A stretch of DNA of 42,264 nt from Patescibacteria group bacterium. GTDB lineage: Bacteria > Patescibacteriota > Minisyncoccia > Phycocordibacterales > UBA6065. Below are positions 35,208 through 42,264 of the stretch, piece after piece. Within the stretch, counting starts at the first letter, position 1, and each line of letters starts with the position of its first letter. Position numbers and translations under genes: made by a program. The stretch spans positions 1-42,264 of the forward strand of contig JAGWHV010000002.1 of assembly GCA_028866595.1 (NCBI GenBank). The letters are read 5' to 3'. A model generated the notes under the pieces. It was given only the letters and a program-made list of their open reading frames with translations, was not told where the DNA came from and searched no databases.

Positions 35208-35236
35208 TTGACAAGACTTAATATACATGCTACCAT
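35208..35236 (+). promoter_or_regulatory. sigma70-type promoter candidate
   Basis: TTGACA (35208-35213), a 17-nt spacer, then TACCAT (35231-35236), at the start of a roughly 440-nt region with no convincing ORF. Confidence 0.45.
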
Positions 35237-35242
35237 TTCACT

Positions 35243-35562
35243 GTAACCCTGAGTGCTCGTTCTGCTCGCGCAATAAGGGTTCGGCTTCGCCCGGTATATG
35301 TACGCTCACCGGGCCGATGATTGAAAAGCAAACCAGGCGTGAGCGTCGCCATGTCTGAAAGCCGCCGAGCAGGTCTACTCTTCTCGGCGGCGCCAACACA
35401 CTGCTCTTACACAATGCGAAGGTGAAGGTTAAGTAGTCGAAAGGGAGTTTTTTGTCCCCGTTTTTACTCTCTACTCCGTAAAAATGGTGATCCTAGAGGA
35501 AGAAGATCCTCCAAGAGGGTACAAGACCCTCAAAAGCGCCGAAGCCACAAGCTTCGGCGCTT
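35243..35562 (+). ncRNA. candidate structured RNA or long 5' leader (unclassified)
   Basis: Hairpins: ACGCTCAC/GTGAGCGT (35302-35346), GCCGCCGAG/CTCGGCGGC (35361-35391), GAGGA/TCCTC (35496-35511), GAGGGT/ACCCTC (35515-35531) and a 12-bp stem AAGCGCCGAAGC/GCTTCGGCGCTT (35534-35562). Boundaries are inferred. Confidence 0.3.
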
Positions 35563-35649
35563 AAACTTTGTCTGGACAAATGCTCACGCGGGGCGTAGGG
35601 TAGTCCGGGGTATTCACAATCATTCACCGAACAGAAAAGGAGGAGGAAA

Positions 35650-35994
35650 ATGAAAAAGAAGAAAGGGGTACGCACGGTCCGTTGGTTCCTGCGCGCTATC
35701 ACCAACGAGACGCATCACAATCTCGGACAGTCGCTCGGCACCGACGGCGCCTCTGACCCAACTCGTCTCCAAGAGAAGATGCGGACGGCCGACGGCGAAT
35801 ATGATCTCTGGGATTGTCAGGGCATGTCGTCGAAAGACGTCAAGCGCCTGGCGCTCGACTTCCTGAACAGCCTTCAGCTCGTCTACATTTACCGCAAGGT
35901 AGGGGACGGTTTGCCGAGGCGCTGGAGAGACGAGGACGTCAGGCTCGCCGAGGAAGCGATCGAGGCCATTGCGGAGAAGCCGGCCCGGGTGTAG
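35650..35994 (+). CDS. hypothetical protein
   Basis: 114 aa. A strong SD (AAAGGAGGAGG) lies 5-6 nt before the ATG. The overlapping 170-aa minus-strand ORF has no comparable signals. Confidence 0.5.
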   Translation: MKKKKGVRTVRWFLRAITNETHHNLGQSLGTDGASDPTRLQEKMRTADGEYDLWDCQGMSSKDVKRLALDFLNSLQLVYIYRKVGDGLPRRWRDEDVRLAEEAIEAIAEKPARV

Positions 35995-36165
35995 GCTCAA
36001 AGCATCCGGCCAATCGCTTCCAAGCGTGCCGGCAGGGAAGCGGCGAGGCATTCGCAGGATAGTCTCCCGCGCTCGCTCTATCGCCGCTCCCTCTGATCTT
36101 TTCAGAGGTCGCATGAGAGCCCCTTTCTCCATTTTGGGGCTGTTGTTGATCTGAAATTACGCCAC

Positions 36166-36207
36166 GAGGGCGGGACACGCGACTTGTCCCGCCCTCTTCT
36201 CGTTTTT
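36166..36207 (+). terminator. intrinsic terminator upstream of dnaX
   Basis: GAGGGCGGGAC-acgcgactt-GTCCCGCCCTC (11 bp) followed by TTCTCGTTTTT. Confidence 0.75.
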
Positions 36208-36209
36208 GA

Positions 36210-36215
36210 TATACT
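36210..36215 (+). promoter_or_regulatory. -10-like TATACT, 6 nt before the dnaX ATG
   Basis: TATACT at 36210-36215 and ATG at 36222. Confidence 0.4.
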
Positions 36216-36221
36216 TGGGCC

Positions 36222-37268
36222 ATGTCGCACGAGGTGCTCTACAGAAAATACCGACCGCAATCTTTCGATGAAGTGATCGGCCAAGATGCCGTCGTCAAAG
36301 CGCTCAAAGGCGCGATAGCGAATAGCGCGATCGCTCACGCATATCTTTTTGCCGGTTCGCGCGGCATCGGCAAGACGTCGATCGCCCGCATATTCGCCCG
36401 CGAGATCGGCACGAGCGGCAATGACGTATACGAGATTGATGCCGCTTCGAATCGCGGCATCGATGACATCCGGGCGCTCCGCGACGCCGTTGCCGTCCTG
36501 CCTTTCGAGTCGAACTACAAAGTCTACATCATTGACGAGGTCCACATGCTCACGAAAGAGGCGTTCAATGCGCTTTTGAAGACGCTCGAGGAGCCGCCGC
36601 GGCACGTCGTTTTCATCCTCGCGACGACAGAGATCCATAAATTGCCGGAGACGATCGTCTCGCGTTGCCAGGTCTTTGAATTCAAGCGGCCTTCGGCCGA
36701 GATCCTCCGCGATACCGTCGCCCTCGTCGCCAAGAAAGAGGGATATTCGATCGAGCCGGCTGCCGCCGAGCTCGTCGCTCTGGTGGGCGACGGCTCGTTC
36801 CGCGATGCCCACGGCACGCTCGAGAGAGTCATCGCCGCGAAGGTGGGCGGGAAGAGCGGCGCCAAAAGCGCCGCGAATATCAGCCGCGATGACGTCGAAG
36901 AAGCGACAGGCTCGCCGAAATCGGAGCTCGTGAGGGGATTCGTTGGCGCTCTCGCCGCCAAGGACGCGCCGGCCGCGTTCGCCTCTCTCGCGAAAGTCCG
37001 GGAAAAATCGTTTGATCCGAAGCTTTTTCTCGAGCTCGCGCTCTCGCTCGCCCGGCTCGCGCTCCTGCGGAAGATGGGCGTCGCCGCCGCGAGTCTCTCG
37101 GAAGAAGACGAGCGATTCGTCTCGGCGACGCCCGCCGTCGATTCCAAGCTCATCCGCGGGCTCCTCGGCGCGTTCGACTATATCGGCGTTTCGCCGATAC
37201 GCGAATTGCCCCTCGAGCTCGCCGTGCTTGATATCGTCGGAGAAAAAGAGCAGAATCTGTTCCAATAG
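36222..37268 (+). CDS. dnaX: DNA polymerase III subunit gamma/tau (short form)
   Basis: 348 aa. YRKYRPQSFDEVIGQ, Walker A GSRGIGKTS, DEVHMLT and SRCQVF. Confidence 0.9.
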   Translation: MSHEVLYRKYRPQSFDEVIGQDAVVKALKGAIANSAIAHAYLFAGSRGIGKTSIARIFAREIGTSGNDVYEIDAASNRGIDDIRALRDAVAVLPFESNYKVYIIDEVHMLTKEAFNALLKTLEEPPRHVVFILATTEIHKLPETIVSRCQVFEFKRPSAEILRDTVALVAKKEGYSIEPAAAELVALVGDGSFRDAHGTLERVIAAKVGGKSGAKSAANISRDDVEEATGSPKSELVRGFVGALAAKDAPAAFASLAKVREKSFDPKLFLELALSLARLALLRKMGVAAASLSEEDERFVSATPAVDSKLIRGLLGAFDYIGVSPIRELPLELAVLDIVGEKEQNLFQ

Positions 37269-37296
37269 AGTCAGCCTAATGGCAGCTCTAACATAT

Positions 37297-37367
37297 TGCC
37301 GGATCGTCTAATGGTAGGACACGGGCCTTTGGAGCCTGGTATCTTGGTTCGACTCCAAGTCCGGCAA
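37297..37367 (+). tRNA. tRNA-Gln (anticodon UUG)
   Basis: U1-A72 acceptor TGCCGGA/TCCGGCA, D-loop AATGGTA, anticodon loop CTTTGGA, T-arm CTTGGTTCGACTCCAAG. Confidence 0.85.
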
Positions 37368-37392
37368 CAATCATAAAATAAAAAACACCCTC

Positions 37393-38457
37393 TCAAATAG
37401 AGAGGGCGCGGAGGGCCTGGAAATCTTCCGGGTCGAGATGCGTGCTGTACTTGTCGAGGTACAGGAGCGGCGTGTCGGGGCAGAGGAACACGGCCACGAC
37501 CTTGCCGTCTTCGTTTCGGATCTGATCAAGGGCGCCGTCGTCGACGACTTTTCCCAAGAATCGGATCAAGCCGGCGAGCGCGAGTCCCGACGTCGGGCCG
37601 CCGAGGATGCCGATCGCCGTGAGAGTAGCGCTCCAGAGGAACGATTCCCTCGTCTCGCCTTCGACATAGTTGTCGAGCGCACCCCGCCAGTCGAAGCCGA
37701 CTTCCTTGAGCCGTTCGAACGACCGGGCGCCAGGCACGGCGTTGCCGGGCGCGCAGGCGACGCCGACGATGCGGGGGAGCCGATGGCTATCGGTGGCCCG
37801 GCGCAGATATGCGGCCGTACCGATGATCGTTCCCGTCGTGCCGAGAGCTGCGCAGAAAACGCTGAGGCGCCCATCGGTCTGTTTCCAGATCTCGGGACCG
37901 AGCCATTTTTCCGCGCCGCGCGGGTTCGCCGGGTTATCGTACTGGGAAGGGTTGAACATTCCCGGTCGCGCGCCGAGCTGGCGCGACCGCTCGATGCCCG
38001 TGGGGCCGCCCGGTTCCTTGATATGGAGCACCGGCTCAGCCCCCATGACGCGCAGGATGTCCTGCTTGCCGGCGGGGATGTCGGCCGGCAGGATCGCTTG
38101 GAGGTGACCGGCGCCGAACGCTCTCGCCAGAACGGCGAGAGCCGAAGCGGTATTTCCGGAGCTGTTCTCGACGATTTTGTCGCCAGCTTTGAGCTGGCCC
38201 GCCTCGGCCGCTTCCAGGAGCATGTTGTATGTCACATACCATTTGACATGGAGGAGCGGGTTGAGGAAGGCGCATTTGGCGAGGATCGAGACGCCCTTGT
38301 CCGCGAACGGATTGAGCGCTTTCGGCAACTCGACCAGGGGCGTCTCCTGAGCATAATCGGGGTTGAGGTAGTCCCTGACGGCGTTTTCGCCGAGGAAGAC
38401 TGATTGCGAGGTTCTCATTTCTGTCCCGACTCTACTCCGCGCCTCGGGGCACGTCAA
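37393..38457 (-). CDS. PLP-dependent enzyme of the cysteine synthase / tryptophan synthase beta (PALP) family
   Basis: 354 aa (alternative ATG at 38418). FLNPLLHVKWY (Lys context), ENSSGNTASALAV and ALGTTGTIIG (Gly-rich phosphate loop). Confidence 0.7.
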   Translation of the reverse strand: MTCPEARSRVGTEMRTSQSVFLGENAVRDYLNPDYAQETPLVELPKALNPFADKGVSILAKCAFLNPLLHVKWYVTYNMLLEAAEAGQLKAGDKIVENSSGNTASALAVLARAFGAGHLQAILPADIPAGKQDILRVMGAEPVLHIKEPGGPTGIERSRQLGARPGMFNPSQYDNPANPRGAEKWLGPEIWKQTDGRLSVFCAALGTTGTIIGTAAYLRRATDSHRLPRIVGVACAPGNAVPGARSFERLKEVGFDWRGALDNYVEGETRESFLWSATLTAIGILGGPTSGLALAGLIRFLGKVVDDGALDQIRNEDGKVVAVFLCPDTPLLYLDKYSTHLDPEDFQALRALSI

Positions 38458-38474
38458 TGGCTTTCGATGCGTTC

Positions 38475-39188
38475 TTAGCCGCGCCGGACGATGCAGAGAG
38501 GCGTCATTTCGTCGGATTGGCCGAGAGGATTATCGCGGAAGACTTTTTTGACAAAGTCCTCGGCGACGTTTGCGCTCGATCGGCCGAGAGAATAGACGCC
38601 GCGGTAGTTCGCGTCGACGATAACGGTGTCATGGCCGAAGCGCTCGCATATGCGCCGAGCCGCGCCCTTTGGATCGATCGGCGGCAGTTTGGCATACATG
38701 TTATATGGCTGAATGACGAACGACATCGGGCAGTCGATGGATTTCGCTCGCTTGCCGCAGAGTATGTAAAAAGCGCCGTGGATGCCGATCGGCCTCGTCA
38801 CAGCCGCGACGGCCGCGGCAAAGAGCACTCTCGGCCGGCCGATTTCGTTTATGATGAGCTGCATCGCCATCGACGTGCCGTGGCCGAAGCCGCCGAACTT
38901 CTCCGTGCCGAAATGATTTTTGACGTTTCGGGCGAGCAGGCGGGCGAGAGGCGTCGTTTTTATGTCTTTGAGATGGATGAGCTGGCCCTGGGTGAGAGCG
39001 AGGACTTTTTCGCTCACGAATATGACGTCGCCGGCCTGGAGATGAGGCTTGACGTGTCGTTCGATGAGCTCGAATATGTCGTCTTTTTCCGTGACAAGTC
39101 CTGTCGGGATCGGCAGACGGAGATATGTCGCGCCGTCGACGTCGATCGGTAGCCGCTTTCCCTCGTTAGGTTTGAACATGCCGCTCAT
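38475..39188 (-). CDS. CofE-like (F420-0:gamma-glutamyl ligase family) protein
   Basis: 237 aa. AGDVIFVSEKVLALTQGQ and the later ...VDANYRGVY... blocks resemble the CofE/FbiB N-terminal ligase fold. Confidence 0.55.
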   Translation of the reverse strand: MSGMFKPNEGKRLPIDVDGATYLRLPIPTGLVTEKDDIFELIERHVKPHLQAGDVIFVSEKVLALTQGQLIHLKDIKTTPLARLLARNVKNHFGTEKFGGFGHGTSMAMQLIINEIGRPRVLFAAAVAAVTRPIGIHGAFYILCGKRAKSIDCPMSFVIQPYNMYAKLPPIDPKGAARRICERFGHDTVIVDANYRGVYSLGRSSANVAEDFVKKVFRDNPLGQSDEMTPLCIVRRG

Positions 39189-39286
39189 TTTACCTCATGC
39201 TGTGGAGGTTGTCTTTCTTGCGGTTTTATATATAGTGTGGGAAAACGTTCATTTCCATCATTCAACCACACAGAAAGGCACAATCA

Positions 39287-39688
39287 ATGCACATAAGAGC
39301 CTGTATGGCAAAGATCCACCGGGCGACTGTGACACAGGCCGACCTTAACTACGTCGGCTCGATCACGATCGACGAGGCACTCCTCGCGGCGAGCGGCATG
39401 TCCGAGTTCCAGATGGTGAATATCACCAACTGCTCAAACGGCGTGTTCTGGCAGACGTACATCATGCGCGGCGAGTGGGGCAGCGGAGTCATCTGCCTCA
39501 ACGGACCGCCGGCTCGGCACTTCCAGCCGGGCGACAAAGTCATCATCATCGCCGAAGCCTACCTCGAGCAGTCCGAGCTCAAGGATCTCGATCCGGTCGT
39601 CGTCTTTGTCGACGACAAGAACCGGGTGACGGAGATCAAGAAGCACGCGGCGATCAATCACGGCGACACGGAACCTCGTGATCCTTGA
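39287..39688 (+). CDS. panD: aspartate 1-decarboxylase (pyruvoyl-dependent)
   Basis: KIHRATVTQADLNYVGSITIDEALL, with the Gly-Ser self-cleavage site in YVGS, and later GSGVICLNGPPARHFQPGDKVII. Confidence 0.85.
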   Translation: MHIRACMAKIHRATVTQADLNYVGSITIDEALLAASGMSEFQMVNITNCSNGVFWQTYIMRGEWGSGVICLNGPPARHFQPGDKVIIIAEAYLEQSELKDLDPVVVFVDDKNRVTEIKKHAAINHGDTEPRDP

Positions 39689-39703
39689 CGTGAGTGCTCT
39701 GAA

Positions 39704-40237
39704 ATGGTATCGTCCTGTCGAATGAATACCAGCTCTCCCAATCACCCCGATCTGGCCCGGCGCTTCGCTCAACGGATCTTCGTTCTGCGCACCCTCCTCC
39801 TCATGGAGATGGCGCGCAAGACCGATCCGATACGCGACACGCTCGAGAGCTCGATGATCATTGAGCTCCTCTATCTCCACGGCATGTACGGAGTGCCCAT
39901 CGCGCAGATCGCGATGAAACTCGGCCGGCCGCTGGAGGAGGTCTTCCATTGGGCCGTCCATCACGAGAGGAACGGCCTCGTGGACATCGGGCAGGATAGC
40001 AAGGGCAAGACCATCTCCCTTACGAAGACCGGCCAGAATTGGCGCCAAGGTCTCATCCACGGCCCGCTCTTCAACATCGTCGATGCCCTTTTCCGCGAGG
40101 TCCCGCGCGAGCGGCTCGGCGCGGCGAATGAAGGACTTGATCTCCTCTCCGTTGCCGAGGAGGCGGTTCTGCGAGACGTCGTCGAAGGGTCCTGGACGCT
40201 CTCCCAAATCGCCGCCGCGGCGACTGTGGCCGTCTGA
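39704..40237 (+). CDS. MarR-like winged-helix transcriptional regulator
   Basis: 177 aa. wHTH region VPIAQIAMKLGRPLEEVFHWAVHHERNGLVDIGQDSKGKTISLTKTG. Start uncertain (ATG at 39722 is also possible). Confidence 0.55.
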   Translation: MVSSCRMNTSSPNHPDLARRFAQRIFVLRTLLLMEMARKTDPIRDTLESSMIIELLYLHGMYGVPIAQIAMKLGRPLEEVFHWAVHHERNGLVDIGQDSKGKTISLTKTGQNWRQGLIHGPLFNIVDALFREVPRERLGAANEGLDLLSVAEEAVLRDVVEGSWTLSQIAAAATVAV

Positions 40238-40347
40238 CAACACGCTGTCCCAAAGGGACAGCTTTTCATTTCTACAGGAAACTTTGGCATTTTCGGCGAA
40301 GTACTATCCTCGAAAGGGTTTATCGGCGAGTAGCGTATACTTTTTAT

Positions 40348-41013
40348 ATGAAAGACATGAAAGGACAAATGACGGTTGGGCTCATGGTGGCGCTTCTCGG
40401 CGCGCTCGTCATCGGCTTCGTCGTCATCACCATGGAGACCTTCTCTCCGGCCGCCGCTCCTATGATCGGTTTTGAAGAACCGCAGATCGCTACGACGACA
40501 TCTGTGGTTCAGGCGGCCGATGCGACAAGCCCCGCGAGCCCGCCATCGCCCTCGTCGCCTCGGCCGAGAGCCACAGTTTCCGTGCCCGAGCACCCGGATT
40601 TCCGTCTTTGCACAGCGAACGATCTGACAGGCATGGCTGATTGGCAAGGAGCGACCGGCGCCCTCGCTGGCACGCTCCGCGTCACCGACTCGGCCAGCTC
40701 GGCATGCTCTCTCTCGCATGATGATTACATGCAGATCATGTCAGGCGACCAAGTATTGCCCGTAGGCCAAATAGCCGATGGCAGCGTCAACTCGTATACC
40801 GATCTCCAGCCGAGAGATAGCGTTTCCTTGCGCTTCGTCTGGTACAACTGGTGCGACGGGGCCTTGCAGGCTCCGGCGTCGGTGCGCTTGATATTGCCTT
40901 TGGGCGGCGGATACCTCCAGGTGCCTGTTATAGATTCGAATGGTACGCCGCTCTCCGATGCGCCGGCGTGCGGATCGCCGCAGACATATTCGTCCTTGGC
41001 GATATGGCAATAG
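40348..41013 (+). CDS. secreted/anchored hypothetical protein, DUF4232-like C-terminal domain
   Basis: 221 aa. N-terminal TM, P/S-rich linker, then a Cys-containing beta-type domain (LCTANDL...GATGALAGTLRVTDSASSACSL...WYNWC). Confidence 0.4.
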   Translation: MKDMKGQMTVGLMVALLGALVIGFVVITMETFSPAAAPMIGFEEPQIATTTSVVQAADATSPASPPSPSSPRPRATVSVPEHPDFRLCTANDLTGMADWQGATGALAGTLRVTDSASSACSLSHDDYMQIMSGDQVLPVGQIADGSVNSYTDLQPRDSVSLRFVWYNWCDGALQAPASVRLILPLGGGYLQVPVIDSNGTPLSDAPACGSPQTYSSLAIWQ

Positions 41014-41303
41014 GGAACAAAAGCATCCTGTCTCTCGTAGTAATCATTACCTCCGGAGGGTTTTTAGGTCGGATTAGTCGACTTTAATGCTACCCAAATA
41101 TGTGAAGACTCAACAATTGGAACCAAAAGACGTGCGTCCTTCTGATGAATACGAAGCGCGCAACAAGATCAATCTATTCTTTCGTTCACCGCCTCACTTC
41201 CGTCGCTAACAGTTCTTAATACGGCCAAAGTAAACCGCCCTTCTCCAAAGGGCGGTTCGTGTATAATGGGTGAAGCTATTATCAGCAATAACCAACATAG
41301 CAT

Positions 41304-41687
41304 ATGGGACTCGCATTTCTTATCGGACGGATCGCTGTGGGGTACTACTTCCTCATGAATTCGTATAATCACCTTTTCAAGTCTGGGCACATGACAGGGT
41401 ATGCCGCTTCCAAGGGCGTGCCTTCACCTAAAGCCGCCATCATCGTGAGCGGCCTCTTGCTCCTCGCTGGAGGCCTCTCGGTTCTCCTTGGCGTCGCTGT
41501 CATCTGGGGCCTCATAGCGCTCCTTGTTTTCATGATCCCGGTCACGTTCATGATGCACAACTACTGGAAAGAAACAGATCCTATGGATCGCGCTAATCAG
41601 AAGATCTCGTTCTGGAAGAATATCGCCATCATCGGCCTCCTGCTCATGCTCTTTGCCGTTCCGACTCCGTGGCCGTTTGCCCTCTAA
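41304..41687 (+). CDS. DoxX family membrane protein
   Basis: 127 aa, four hydrophobic helices, N-terminal LIGRIAVGYYFLMNSYNHL typical of DoxX. TATAAT at about 41261-41266 upstream. Confidence 0.7.
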   Translation: MGLAFLIGRIAVGYYFLMNSYNHLFKSGHMTGYAASKGVPSPKAAIIVSGLLLLAGGLSVLLGVAVIWGLIALLVFMIPVTFMMHNYWKETDPMDRANQKISFWKNIAIIGLLLMLFAVPTPWPFAL

Positions 41688-42264
41688 ACTCCCAAAGGAA
41701 TCTAGCTGCCTCGTTTCGTTCGCTGAGCGCCCGTTCTGCCGACCTCTCCAGAGGCGATATGAGCGACTCCAAATACCCATAATCGATGACTCCACGGAGC
41801 CGCTTCGCCGCTGTCCGAGCGCTCTCTATGCGGTACATGATCCGGCGGACGACGACGTCGAGAGCCCTGTCCCAAAAGATATCCCTCCAAAGCCCGACGC
41901 TCCGAGCGTCGGGCTTTGTATTCGTGTCGGAGAGCATATCTGCTATCACCGAGCTCGCGCTATTGAGACGTCCCTGTCGCGCGTCTTGCTCCCAATCGTG
42001 AGCATCGTCGCTCATCTGCTTGGCGGCGATGTAATTCCTGAAAAAAGATTCGACGAGGCGGAAATATGTCGAGCCGGGGCGATGGCCGGCTCTCATGAGC
42101 ATGATGAGAGGCCCGAGCGCGTGGCCGAATGATTTATGGGCGAGGATGTCTCCAGCTCGGGCGGGAGCATGCTGTGAGGATGCGCTGATCGCGCAGTTGG
42201 CTGCTTCCCAGGCATTCGCTTCATCCATAGCCGCGAACGTTTTGTGGATGTAGGCCGCGCCGCC
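41644..42264 (-). CDS. hypothetical alpha-helical protein, possibly isoprenoid-synthase-like (5' end beyond the window)
   Basis: The frame is open to the window edge (GGAAYIHKTFAAMDEAN...). Acidic motif SDDAHDWEQD. Its 3' end overlaps the DoxX 3' end by 44 nt. Confidence 0.3.
   Translation of the reverse strand, partial: GGAAYIHKTFAAMDEANAWEAANCAISASSQHAPARAGDILAHKSFGHALGPLIMLMRAGHRPGSTYFRLVESFFRNYIAAKQMSDDAHDWEQDARQGRLNSASSVIADMLSDTNTKPDARSVGLWRDIFWDRALDVVVRRIMYRIESARTAAKRLRGVIDYGYLESLISPLERSAERALSERNEAARFLWEFRGQTATESERQRA

Noticed and set aside
35243-35562. tmRNA, RNase P RNA or a common riboswitch (TPP, SAM, cobalamin, guanidine) in the dus-downstream structured region
   Set aside because: The region lacks the tRNA-like ends with a GGTTCGA T-loop expected of tmRNA. 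It lacks the GAGGAAAGUCC P4 signature of RNase P. It lacks the conserved cores of the riboswitch classes I can recall. It is kept only as an unclassified candidate.
35620-36132. 170-aa minus-strand ORF
   Set aside because: It is antisense to the SD-led 114-aa plus-strand ORF and to the structured region upstream of dnaX. It has no start signals and its composition is typical of antisense frames.

Overview
This is a moderately GC-rich, tightly packed bacterial chromosomal segment. It is dominated by housekeeping genes: gyrA (5'-truncated), infB, rbfA, a cysteine desulfurase, clpB, alr, rpmG, rarA, miaA, parB, topA, dprA, serS, an ftsQ-like gene, dus and dnaX. Nine tRNA genes are present.

Several traits look like a streamlined, CPR/Patescibacteria-like genome, though this is inference only:
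- a short IF-2
- five small T4SS-pilin-like membrane proteins
- a free-standing LAGLIDADG endonuclease
- many -10 boxes placed directly before start codons

The main accessory region is about 7.5-11.6 kb. It holds a roughly 313-aa retron-type reverse transcriptase (YTRYLDD box). Upstream of it lies about 260 nt of highly structured non-coding sequence, bracketed by a 12+8 bp long-range inverted repeat. This matches an a2/msr-msd/a1 layout. There is no co-oriented effector gene. A degenerate stand-alone receiver-domain gene is transcribed divergently, and a tRNA cluster lies downstream. Next to it is an operon with its own promoter that encodes an unusual chimeric membrane protein, in which SPFH-like blocks appear in permuted order.

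Other points worth a second look:
- an AT-rich LAGLIDADG gene wedged between tRNA-Leu and tRNA-Pro
- a 48-aa zinc-ribbon ORF inside a tRNA cluster
- two roughly 115-nt nested-hairpin elements with shared architecture
- two structured intergenic regions upstream of dnaX
- an orphan intrinsic terminator upstream of the cysteine desulfurase gene
- a PLP-enzyme / CofE-like ligase / PanD trio

No CRISPR array, rRNA, integrase or transposase was seen. Many of the long ORFs in the six-frame track are antisense artefacts of GC-rich coding DNA.
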